A stretch of 60,563 bases of DNA. Origin: Chiloscyllium plagiosum (taxonomy: Eukaryota). Below are positions 11,769-23,370 of this stretch, in pieces (position 1 is the stretch's first letter; the number at the start of each line of letters is the position of its first letter). The notes beneath the pieces were generated by a model. It saw nothing but the letters and a program-made list of their open reading frames with translations, was not told the origin of the DNA and made no database searches. Made by a program: the position numbers and the translations under genes. The stretch is taken from assembly GCF_004010195.1 (NCBI RefSeq), contig NC_057719.1, positions 37,386,138 through 37,446,700 of the forward strand, in the 5' to 3' direction.

Positions 11769-13349
11769 AGATGTCCATGTCCCATCAACAAATAATATTT
11801 AAAATATCACTTATTTGAAGGCTTATGCTTACTCCCTGGGTTGCCTCTGATAATTTTTGTTCATCACTCCTAACACCCCCTGCCACCCAGCAGCCTAGTT
11901 ACTATTGGTCAAGAAATCCTCTGATCTTTTCTGAAGTTTGTACCAGAGATTTTTCACCTTGCCTGACATATCTCATTAATTTGTTTTTAAAACGTGCAAA
12001 TTTCCATTCCACCCACTCTGACCTCAATATCAATCCAAAGGAGCAGTCAAAATTCCTATTTCAGCTAAAATCTACCAGTAGTAATTTTAAACCATGCCAA
12101 GGTCAGGTTTAAGCATCATCCCCTCTGAAACATTACAACGACTTTTTACAACAGCCTTTCATATTACTGCCTTTCTATTTTTGCTCCTTTACATTACATC
12201 TAAGACATGGTTGCAAACTAGCCTTCAATATCCTCTGGCTCTTAGTCCTCTCAAGCACATTAATTAAAATAGTGACATTGTGGCTTGTTAAGGGTGTGCC
12301 ATTTACAAAGGGATGATTTTTCTCCACAGCACAAGATCAGTGTGTGCCTTTTGAAAATCTTTGCTTGTGAGTTAATTCAGAGCAAAGAAATCAGCCGCGT
12401 TGATCAGTGATGGCTGCTTGCCAGAATTCCCCTGTAGTGAACATACTGTTACAATGCAGACATAATAGGACAGGTTCAGAACAAACCAGTTGGCAACTGG
12501 GCTCTAAACCACAATGGAGACATTGTTAGAAATCATAAATATTGTGATTCCATCATTAATAATTTTCAAAATCAAATATTTAATTTCTAAAAGGGTGTTT
12601 GCAAATGGTAAGGAATTGGAATATTATTCCTGACAAGTCTCCAGGGACCCATTTTGAAGTGAATAGACTGAAAATGTTCTGCCTCTCCGATCCTTTTGGC
12701 TCCAGTTCCAAAAGTAATTGAACCTGACCATTGGACTTGCTCTGGGGACAGGGTAGAGGGACAAGGCTTGTGTGCCTTACAGCTGCACTACAGCAGCTAT
12801 TAAATGGAATTTACCTAAAAGTATCAAATAAAACACACTCTGAAAGGTATGGAGGCATTGAGGTCACACACAATTTCCCAAAAAGGGAACAGTCAGCAGT
12901 TCAGTATCTGACCCAAGCTCTGAACTGAACAGAGAAGCCCAGAGTGGGAGGTCTGCCACATCACCATGCCAAGAGTGAAAGGAAAGAACAATCAATCAGG
13001 CGGCGAAGTTGTGACCGGTAACTTCTGGTACAGTTTCTTAAATGGCCATAACAAACATTGAAGATGGCCTGGAAGCAACCTTCTCCACTGCAGCCATCAC
13101 CTTAGGCAATCGAAGTAATGAGAAAATGTGCCTCGAGGATTCCAAAAAAACCCTTTGTAAAGTAGAAGAGTTGACCTGTCAATAGAGTTGATGATTCTTC
13201 CTAATTGGCCACAGTTGCTTTGAAGCAGAATACCCTAAATCGAGTGGTCCTATTCCCTTTCTGTTTTACTCTTGGACATTGTGGGCTAAGCCATCCTCCT
13301 CCAATGTCTCTCCATCCAGCTGGGTGACCCTGCCTTCACCAGTTCCGTA

Positions 13350-14285
13350 CTTATCTATTGCAATCCGAGCCAAAGGTTGGTTTCCCCTCCTGTTCCCATG
13401 CTGTTACCTCTGGAGTCCTCCCTAAGGATGGTTTGTTGGTCCCCTTCTATTTCTGATCTATATACAGCCCCTCAGAAATGTTATCTACAAATACAGCATC
13501 AGATGTCACATGCATGCTGGTCACACCGAGTTCTACTTCATTACTACCTCTCTGAGCATCTAACTGACTCTTAAATTGTCAGCTTTTTTTGCTTGTCTGA
13601 CATCCAGTACGGTAACATGAAACATTCTCCAATTAAATATTGAGAACACCAAAGGCTTTCTGGATTCCACCATCTCCTAGTTGCTGATTCCATCCTTCTC
13701 CCTCATGGCTGACCTAAGATTGAACCAACCTGATTGTGACCTTGATGTTATATTCTGCCCTGAAACAAATTTCTGACAAATTTTCACACAATCACCTCTA
13801 TTTGTTGCCTCAAGCTCATCTAAAATTCTACTGCCAGTGTCTTTACTCAGACCAAGACCAACTATATGTTCCTGGTAAGGCAACAGCTCAATTTTAATGT
13901 TCCTATCCCTTTTGTCAAATTCCAAATTGGCTTTGACACTCTCCATCTGCTCCCGTCCCATGTACCACGCAGATATCTGCACTCCTTTAGTTCTGGTATT
14001 CTGAGTAACGACAATTTAATTGCTCCACACATCACAGTCAGACCTTCAGCTGCCTGAGCCTGAAGTTCTGAAACTTTCTTTCTCTACCGATATTTAATTC
14101 TCTAACTCCCTTTCCTTCTTTAATAAGCTTCATAAGACTGACCTTTTCGATCTAGCTTTTAGTCATCTGCTCTAATAGCTCTTTAATGTACATCACTGTT
14201 GATGTTTGTTAGAATGTTGTTGTGAGGTGCCTTGTGCTGTTTTACTGTGTAAAAGGTACGACACAAACACAAGTTGTTGTCATTA
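13350..14285 (+). mobile_element. Old L2-clade LINE 3' fragment
   Basis: Decayed GVPQGSxLGPLLFLIY and YADDTQLY-like coding near 13410-13540. L2-type tail ending ...caagttgttgt at about 14280. Confidence 0.7.
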
Positions 14286-14827
14286 TCCTAGCTGCAGTGA
14301 GTTTGCCAGTGGTCAGACCTGGTGGCTAAGTGGTTTTTGCAGAACAGAAGTAGAACAACAAAGCTCTAACTGACTATTTTAGAGCCACTACCCAGTAACC
14401 TTCAGAGGAGAATTTGCCCAAGAAATTAATCTTTTGTGACTCTGGCCCTTAGCTTTATTTGTTGTATTCCAGTTAATGACTTCTTACAAGAGGATTTCCT
14501 CACCTGAAAGGTTCTTTCCTCTCCCAATCGCAGTGGTCTTGAAAAATAAGTAACAAGAAAACTGGATGCATGAACACATCTGATATATTCCCCAAGATTA
14601 TTCACAAAATATTAATTTGAACAACTTGCTATTATTCCCAGTCCTCACATGTGTTGTTCTTGGCAGTGTCATTCACAAAGTACATTGTGGTACCTAGCTC
14701 AACATTTCCACTTCCTTTCTAGCACATTCCCTGCCTTTATGTAGTCATCTGCTTATCTGACACCCACTCTTGGATCAGTTAAATATACTGGAAAAACTGA
14801 AACCATCACCTTATTGCTTAGTCAATT

Positions 14828-14950
14828 TGTTCTGGAAAAGGGTTACACCCAAAATGTTGACTTCTTGACCTCCTGATGCTGCCTGGCTTGCTGTGTTCTT
14901 CCAGCCTTCTACTCATCAACCTTGGATTCCAGCATCTACAGTTTTTTGGC
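14828..14950 (+). mobile_element. Solo PLE terminal-repeat fragment (decayed hammerhead)
   Basis: gggttacacccaaaatgttgacttct...gatgctgcctggcttgctgtg matches the end of the PLE at 32.74-32.83 kb. Confidence 0.75.
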
Positions 14951-15267
14951 TCTAGTCAATTTGTTTTGGAATTCTTCCTAAAATCTCCTCTGGCTCTTTT
15001 CCACTCTCTTCTACCTTAAAATCTTTTTTTTTTGGCCAAACCTTTGCTCACGTACCTTAAAATCATCTCGCCAAAGAAATCTCCATCAAGATTCATTCAA
15101 ACATAATGATACAAACAATGTATTTAATTTCATGCACAATCTAACATCAAAATCCATACAAAACCAAAAACATAATATTGAGAATTAATGTGCTTTAATG
15201 CTCTTTGACTGTCCTGTGGATGTGAAAGCCGTTGTATAAGTGTATGTTAGTCTTTTATGCGTATGAC

Positions 15268-16700
15268 TTTATGACAACATCCCAAAGTATCATGGACATT
15301 TTAAAATTGTAGTTCCAAAATATGTTTTTTGAGAAAAAGGGGCTGATACAACCAAAAGACTAGCTGCGGATATAAATCAAGTGGTTCTCTGGAGAGAGAG
15401 AGAGGGAGAGACCCACAAAACTTCACACCTACAGTTATAAAAACAACTTTAAACAAGAACGCTTCAAAAAAGGTGGAAGACATAAATCAAATCAGACTGC
15501 TGTGGTCTTTATGAAGACATTGAGGGGAAGATGACCCCTGTTCAATAGTAAGCCACCTGCCTTGAATGATGCCTCAAACTAAAGACCCATTATCTTCAAA
15601 GTGAAAATAACACGAGCAGGGGTCAAAATGCATATTTCAATTCTATTAGAGTGTATTAGTGGGATTGAAAGTTCTCATGTGTGTCAGCTTTCTTCAGGCA
15701 TTAGTGTGCTGTGAAAGTCACAGACGATAACTACCTCCTAGTTAGCCATGATGCAGGTAAAGATCTTTCCTGTCTCTGAGTGTTAGAAGTCAAGCAGCTA
15801 GCAGCCTGAGAAAAGGACTCTCTCTCACCCTGAATGCTGGAATTCAATCACGGTTGAAAGTAATCAGAACTACAGAATCTCAACTAATTTGCAAAACTGA
15901 GGATTGTGAAACCAACTGTTCACCAGTCAAAATCAACCCTACCAGTAACCTCCTCTGCAATGGCCATGATGTTCAACTGTCTACTCTTCATGAACAATTC
16001 AGAGGCTGATCCATATATCTATGTTAAAAATCACACAACACCAGGTTATAGTCCAACAGGTTTACTTGGAAGCACTAGCTTTTGGAGTGCTGCTCCTTCA
16101 GGTGGTTGTGGAGTATAAGACCGTAAGACACAGAATTAATAGCAAAAGCTTACAGTGTGATGTAACTGAAATTATATACATATTTATATATATATAATTT
16201 CAGTTATATCACACTGTAAACATTTGCTATAAATTCTGTCTTCCGATCTTATATTTCACAACCACCTGAAGGAGCAGCGCTCTGAAAACTAGTGCTTCCA
16301 AATAAACCTGTTGGACTATAACTTGGTGTTGTGTGAGTTTTAACTTTTTACACCCCAATCCAACACCGGCATCTCCAAATCATATATCTATGTTACCTTA
16401 CATTCGTTCAATTGGATGTGTGTGTGTATGTATGTTATAAGACTCATACTTTGTTAATTCAAGAACATCTGATTAAATTGGCCCCTTTCAAAAGCTAAGT
16501 TAATTTGGTCTGTGGAAACAATATCCAAAGGGAAAGGGATAACTTTTAAAATTAACCTTGCTGTAACCAGCCAAGGGGATGGGTGACGAAGGAAGAGGAG
16601 TCAGTTCATCCCTCCTCACCCAGGAGCTTAATAGTTTGGGGTATCCCATCTGTAATTGCAACAAATTAGGGGACCTAATTTTCGGTCTGGGTGCAACAAT
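15268..16700 (+). mobile_element. Possible degraded solo LTR, interrupted by the palindromic insertion at 16027-16380
   Basis: Begins tttatgaca (tgttatgaca-like) and ends in ...aaca-like termini. Overall layout resembles fish/shark Gypsy LTRs by recollection only. Confidence 0.3.
16027..16380. mobile_element. Fold-back (inverted) PLE terminal-repeat insertion
   Basis: Inverted arms of about 150 bp around a (TA)n loop. TSD catatatctatgtta at 16012-16026 and 16381-16395. Decayed hammerhead cacCTGAAGGAGCagcGCTCTGAAAACTAgtg. Confidence 0.85.
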
Positions 16701-17285
16701 GACATGAGCCTGTTTTTGACAAATAAATATTCATGCAAGTTCATTATCTTAATCCCTTGTGCAGATGAAATTGACAGTGAGAATTTCCAAATGCTCACTA
16801 CATGGAGAGTTTCTGAATCAGTCAGGCTGACTGATTAGTTAACATAACTCTGCTTGGCATCGCCCCAATTTTAGCAAGAAAAACTAGAAGACAACAATTT
16901 CCTGTGCTTTTCTACCAGTTTCCAGCAGATGGTCTTGGAGTTCAGAGGAAGCAATGTCCACTTGCACTCTCAATCTTGAGATAATGTATGGATCAGGTGT
17001 GAGAAAAATACAATGCAGAAAGCAAGAAAATAAACTGATATTGCTGGGTTTAAATAAAAGTTATTCCTGTAAGGTTTGTGAAGGTTTCTTGGAATTAGTG
17101 ACGCTATTTCTGAAACAAATGCCATCACTTCAATCCATCATCATTTACTAACAATGGACATGACGAGCTAGAATGATAACTCAAACAAAGGTACAGTGTC
17201 AGTTGTCAAAAGCTTCCACATGTTTGCAAATCACATCTTATTTTATGGGGAGCTTCTATAAGTGGAAGGGAACTCAAACACTTAC

Positions 17286-17342
17286 CTGCTTTGTTAGCAC
17301 TGCCCTGTTTATCTGCCTCCAATCGTTTAGATGCTGCCTGAT
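17286..17342 (-). CDS. EML1: Probable in-frame 57-nt EML1 cassette exon (DQAASKRLEADKQGSANKA)
   Basis: Long polypyrimidine tract plus ttag acceptor, consensus donor CAG|gtaagt. Symmetric phase 1-1 and open in the frame needed between the two clear exons. Confidence 0.75.
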
Positions 17343-18180
17343 CTAAAGGTCCATAAAGAGGAGAATTTGGCAAAGAAGAACAGACAAGAGAGGAAAATAA
17401 AATATAAATAAGACTGAAACATTAACAGAAAGCAGAAAGAAAGGTTTAACAGTATGATATAAACAAAAGATAAAATAATTAGCAGTAAAATAGAGTAGGT
17501 AGGAAAAGGAAATTTTAAATATTCACAGAAGTAGTATGTTTCTGTGTGGTGTCATTTGAAACCTCAATAATGAACAACTGATCTCCAATTTAATAGGAAA
17601 AGGGAAATTCTAATAACCTGTAAATCAGACATTTTTAACAATATAACTGTAATCGGACATTTTAACTATCAGTTTTAGGCAGTGCAAAATATTCAAGAGT
17701 CACAACTTCAATGCAACTGAAATCTGAGATTCTGAGAACATTTCACACAATTACTAATAGTTGTTGAAAACTAGTTTACACAAAAATTGCACCTTACAAA
17801 AGAAAATAGAACTTTTCTAATATTCTCAAGAGTTCCTGCCTTGGCTCACTCCCAACGATACTCCAGCACAGACAAAGAAAATACTTCATAGTAGAGAGAG
17901 GTGAATTCTGGATAATACATCATTAACGACCTGCAGGTTATTGGTACCAATCTTTGAAGTAAGATAGTATATTTTAGCTTTGAAACTATCACTAGACCAA
18001 ATAAAATATTAAAGGTAGGTTCTTCAAGCTTTAAACAAAGAAATTGAACAGCCAGATGAAATATAACACACCTTTCCAATTAAATAATATGAAATGGATC
18101 CTAAACCACTGTATTTTATTTCCTAAGCTATTAGGGATGCTCTATAATAACTTGAATTCAACTGTGTATGTATTACTTTG

Positions 18181-18300
18181 GCTGCTGGGACGTTTTACAA
18201 ATGCACTATATAAATGCAAGGCTGCTGGGACGTTTTACAAAGGCACTATATAAATGCAAGGCTGCTGGGACGTTTTACAAAGGCACTATATAAATGCAAG
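18181..18300 (+). repeat. Three tandem 40-bp copies of an L2/DeuSINE-type 3' tail
   Basis: Unit gctgctgggacgttttacaaa(t/g)gcactatataaatgcaag, with one mismatch among the three copies. Confidence 0.92.
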
Positions 18301-18420
18301 CCACAGTTGTTTAAAGACAATTTCACCTCCAGTTTAAATGGTACTTAGAGTGTGTTTGTGGTTCTGTTCATAAGGTTTGCTATTCCAAAGCAGTTTCAAC
18401 TGGTTAACTTCAAATGATGA

Positions 18421-18550
18421 AGCTCTGACGATGAGTCACCAGCCTCGAAACATTAACTCTGTTTTCTACACTGCAGCCAGAACTGCTGAGTTTCTCCAGC
18501 AATTTCTGTTGTTGTTTCAGATCTCCAGCATCCACAATTCTTTATTTCAT
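18421..18550 (+). mobile_element. Solo PLE terminal repeat with hammerhead-like core
   Basis: CTGACGA-T-GAG-loop-CTC-GAAAC-ATT followed by the typical ...gctgagtttctccagcaatttctg...tccagcatcc tail. Confidence 0.75.
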
Positions 18551-19759
18551 ATTAACTTCAAATGAATTTTGCTTTGGACCTCATCATATTGTTCAAAATA
18601 TGTGTGCATTAAATTTTAACTTGTGTCCAGATATTTTCACTGTATTTGCAAATGTAGGTTGAACTTCATTTTATCTTTAATTAATAGCGGCAAGATTATT
18701 GAGAATGCATTGAAGTGCATTCAATATTTCTTGAAAACAATTCTGCGTCGCTGTAGCATATTAACGTGAAGAGTCTTCTTTTTCCTCACAAAGCCTAAAA
18801 TTTATTGCTGTCTGCCAAAGTGGAGTTGCTAGTACCATCACAAATCTGGAGCTAGATATGGAGATGCAACATGTGTTATTAAATATCCACAACTCCCAGC
18901 AATATCCATCATTCCATCAGTAGTATTGATTTAGCCAGGGAGTTTGGTTGTACACAGCATCCTAAAATTTGGAAGAGAAAGATAAATATATAGACTTCAT
19001 TAATGAATCCAACTGTATTTGGGAAATTCCACTATGGTATTAAAAGTAAAATTCATTCCTTATTACTGAACACAAAATGAAGCTTGTCCAAATTAATTTT
19101 TAAGAAAGCAGAGTTTCAGAATTTATATTTAGACATTGCAGTAAATATTCAATCATAAGGTTCAGCCTTGTCCTGATGAATTAATTTCTTTGCTTTTAAC
19201 TATTTTTGGTGCTCACATATCAGAAAGTCATTTTCCTTGGTAGTCTAGAACCTGGACATATGTGAGTCTCTGGTAATTTTGTACTGATTTGCATCTGAGG
19301 GCTTTGTCTGTTAGAACTTGTACGTATTTGAGTCTCTGAATGTTTTGTGATTCTGGTGGTAAAACAAACCTTCAATCTTGTGGTCATGGGTATCAATATG
19401 CATTTGAATATTTAACGTCAAATAATTAAATGTACTTGAGTACCTATATAAACTGAGTATTTAATTGTCTTTGTATGAATTAGAGTATCAGATGGTCATG
19501 TATCTAAATGTATGAGTTACTTATTATCTGTTAGGTAGATTCTTCAGTGTTTGTATATCAAATTCATTCAAACTGAAATTCAGATTTGCATGAGCCAAAT
19601 TATTTACTCCCCGATTCAAAACCTGAATCTTATGCGAATGTTTAGATGTTAACTACAGTAAATTACTGGTCTTAACAATGTAATTATTAAGCAATAATTA
19701 GCAAATGGGAATATGCCAGTGTGAAACATTGTAAATAAAACTGTGCTATTTGTCAAAGG

Positions 19760-19955
19760 TAAAGTTGCCATAGTCCTACTAGACTGTAGAGCTGCGCTCT
19801 CACAGGAGAGAAAGCTGACTGGTGGTAGTTTAACTGTGGGTAAACTCGCCTCATATGAAGGGATAGGTTAAAACAGGAACCTCAGCCAGTGTAGGAATTG
19901 AACCAGCGCTGTTGGCACCATTCTGTAACTAGCTAACTGAGTAAACCAACCCCCT
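19760..19955 (-). mobile_element. tRNA-derived SINE
   Basis: Minus-strand head with A-box-like ggtttactcagttag and B-box ggttcaattcc. Confidence 0.6.
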
Positions 19956-21495
19956 TCGGTGTTCAGCTAAACAGGTGGACCCCATGCAGTTAGTCAGACC
20001 TGTTACACTTCAATCCTCTATTAACTCAGTTAATAACTCACGTGACCCTGAAGCTTTTCCACAGTTATAAAGCTTTATTAATAATTTGTTTGTGACTGTA
20101 TGCCATTTCAATGGTTTAGTACCATAAGAAATGCAATTATTTGTTCAGATGTTGCTGTTTCCTGATCTCAGTACAGAAGAACAACTTCCACATAATTATG
20201 CTTGAGGCTTGGGAACCACAAATATATAAGACATATTGTCATCTGAATTCCAGAGAGAGAGCTGGCAACATTAGAAAAAACTAGACATCAGCTGTCAACA
20301 ACACTCCTTCACAATAAAAGGATCTGTACTGCGGCATGAAATTCCACTAATGTCATCTTTACTAAATTTGCTCTACAGCTGTTTAAATACATCATTCTGC
20401 TTCCTTATGGCTGACTGGCAATGTCCATTGAGTGCCCGCTCATTCCTTTAGCAGGTTCCTCTGGGACTCATCACAATCGGAAACGAGTCAATGCACCTGA
20501 GCTCGGGAGGGGAAGCTCAGCAAAAAGTTCCGGTTCCTGAATGACACCCAGTGGCTCCTTCTGGAAGAGCACATGTTCGGATGGTGTCTGAGGACAGGAT
20601 TGGGCTAGGTTACGATGCCCAATGTAGTTAAGCAGAATCGAGGCTCGCATGCAAGTAAAGGCAACATTAGGCTAAACAATAGACAGTGACCAGCGCATCT
20701 GAACCCAAATTCCAAAAAAGAAATATCATTGGAGGAAGAAAGAAAGATAGTAATTAGGGGAGGAAAGAATTATTTCATGGTTAGACTTAACCTTGGCCTT
20801 CTGGCACCTTGTGCTTCAAATTTAAAATCCTCAGCCTGCATTTGTCTTTCAATCCCCCACAACATTACCAAACCTCATCTCTTTCCCGAGATCTCCCTTT
20901 TTGACCGTCTCTTGTGCACCCTCCTACGTACCTTCATTTGCCTGAGTCCTTTGTCCATAGGTTCCACTCTCCTCCTTCAAAATACCTCAAGTTTCCATCT
21001 CTTTAACCGATTCTTTTGGTGAGCTGTCCTAAATTCCTCTTTCTTGGGTCACTGTTTGTACATTGCAAAACCTGATCAAGGCATTCCTCTGCATGAGCAT
21101 GAACATTGTGTTACGCCAATCAGTCCTCACCAGTTCCCTCTCCAAGACACGACGTTCCAAAACTAACAGTGACAGAGAGCCTCGCCATGGAAATAAATGC
21201 AATGTTCACACCCACCCCTTTGCACAACAGCCACTCCCCCAACAGACACAAGAATCATCAGCCAAACAAATATGTCCCTTTCCCTTGTTAGCTGTTAAAC
21301 AACTGCAAGATAGACAAACGCCCAAAGGCTAATTCAAGGGTAAATGTACCATAACTTCTAGATTATATGATGTAATCATATGATAAACATTATTTTTCAG
21401 AACTAGTCAGCATGTATGAAGTGCAATGATTGCTCCTCATACATGTTTACCTTTGCAATAAATATGCCCCATTTTACTTTCTGTTTCTTGGTTAC

Positions 21496-21678
21496 CTTTG
21501 GTAGGTCCCTTCCTATTCAGCATGGCCTGTTGTTCTTCAGAAACATTCAAACGTCGGACTACATCAGCCAGTGCTGACTTGAGCAGCTGAATCTCATCCT
21601 CCTGCATCTGTACACGCTGCTCCAGAGAGGCGATTCGATCCGTCATCTCCATGCTGCTGGCTGCAGAGGCACTGTCAT
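21496..21678 (-). CDS. EML1: EML1 coding exon (N-terminal coiled-coil/trimerisation domain)
   Basis: Translates as (D)DSASAASSMEMTDRIASLEQRVQMQEDEIQLLKSALADVVRRLNVSEEQQAMLNRKGPTK, nearly identical to vertebrate EML1 as recalled. Acceptor ttttacctcag, donor AAG|gtaacc, 183 nt, phase 1-1. Confidence 0.96.
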
Positions 21679-21929
21679 CTGAGGTAAAAGGAAGACAACG
21701 CTAGCTGAAGGGATCAAGCAACACAATGGCCAACATTAAGAGGAACTTCTGTTAATGATCTATGTTTTCATTGTCACATGTGAACTGGTGACCAATTATT
21801 TTATTTTAACCATGGCCTTTATGCTCTAATTTCTTTACACAATTGCATTCCATGGCACAGGAGACACAGATTAATTGTGGAGGACTTTGTTGACATCCTA
21901 AATTTATCGGATAAGTAAAGCTCTAATGG

Positions 21930-23370
21930 GAAGATAGATCAGGAAGAGTATCATCATGAGAGACAAAGTAGTTTGCCAACTAATGGAACGGAAGGCAGAT
22001 AGGTTGCCAGGACTTGATTACCTACATTCAAAGGTATTAAAGGAAATGGCTGCAGATATAGTATGGTAATTAGTCAAAATATTCCAGAACTCACAACTTT
22101 CTGGGAGGGTTCTAGCCGATTGAAAAAGCACTAAAGTGATGTCCTTGTTCAAGAAAGAAGGGAGACAGAAAGAAGGAAAGTATAAACCAGTTAAGGGAAA
22201 GTGAGGATTGCAGATGCTGGAGATCAGAGTCGAGAGTGGGGTGCTGGAAAAGCACAGCAGGTCAGACAGCAACCGAGGAGCAGGAGAATCAGGAATGAAG
22301 GGCTCTTACTCGAAACGTTGATTCGCCCGCTCCTTAGATGCTGCCTGACTTGCTGTGCTTTTCCAACACCACACTCTCGACTATAAACCAGTTAAGTCGA
22401 ACATCTGCCTTTGGAAAATGCGAGAGTCCATTATTAGGGAAGAAATAGCAGGACATTTAGCGAAGCTTAACATTATCAAACATAGTCAGCATGGTTTTGC
22501 ATAAAGGAAGTCGTGTCTCACAAATTTACTTGAGGTTTTTGAGGGTATAATGAGCAGAGTTGATGAAGGGAAACTGATAGATGTCCTCTACTTGGAGTTC
22601 CAGAACGCATTCAGCAAAGTGCCACATAAAAGGCTATTGTACAAGAAGGGAGCTCATCATATTGAGAGTAATATATTTGCATTGATTGAGGCTTTGCAAA
22701 GGAAGGATAATAGAGATGCAGACAATTCAGATTAAACGTGCATTTTTCAGACTGGAAAGACATAACTAGTGGGATGCCACAATGATCAGGCTGAAGGCCT
22801 CAATTATTTACTATTTAGATAATGACTTGGAGGAGGGGGCAGAGTGTAATGATTCCAAATTTGTGGATAATGCAAAAATAGGTGAGAAGGCGTGTTGTGA
22901 TGAAGACATATGCAAGACAACATTGATAGTTTATGTGAGTAGGCAAAAACTTGGCAGATGGAACTCAATATAAATACATGGAGAGAGATTCCAAATAGGC
23001 ACAGTGGGACCTGGGTTTCTTGTGTTTGAAACTCAAAACATTAGCATGCAGGTGAGCAAGTAACTAAGAAAATGTAGAGGTTGGAATGAGGTCAGCTAGG
23101 TGGACGTCACAAAGTACGAGTTTCCTGATTAGGGCTATTTATCTGGGTCTAATCAGGGAGCCCTGGCTGGCAGACAAGAACAGGAGTGTCAGGGGTTTTG
23201 TTCACTCTAGGAGACAGCAAATTAGATTTTGGCCTTTATTGCTTGGAGTTTGCTAGTTGAAAATAGGGAAGTCTTGTCATAACTGAGACCACACCTGAAG
23301 TACTAAGTACAGATTTGGTCCCTATATTTTAAAAAAATCATACTGGCCTCGGAGGCAATTTAAAAGGGCC
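21930..23370 (+). mobile_element. Older CR1 RT fragment with nested insertions
   Basis: ORF pieces DVLYLEFQNAFSKVPHKRLL and SKFVDNAKIG. Interrupted at 22196-22381 and about 23073-23215. Confidence 0.85.
22196..22381. mobile_element. Fold-back PLE terminal-repeat insertion inside a CR1
   Basis: Inverted arms and TSD tataaaccagttaag at 22181-22195 and 22382-22396. Partial hammerhead ATGAAGGGC..CTCGAAACGTT in the loop. Confidence 0.9.

Larger units (their letters stand above)
10795..11800 (+). mobile_element. tRNA-derived SINE interrupted near its tail by a PLE
   Basis: B-box-like ggtttcaaatccc. The tail ataaatgctga...tccatgtcccat is shared with the LINE ending near 54.79 kb and is split by the insertion at 11081-11768. 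Confidence 0.65.

Noticed and set aside
18181..18300. CRISPR-like array
   Set aside because: No spacers, eukaryotic context, and the unit is a retroposon tail.
21437..21495. ORF tail GNQETESKMGHIYCKGKHV
   Set aside because: Read-through into the intron past the donor at 21496.
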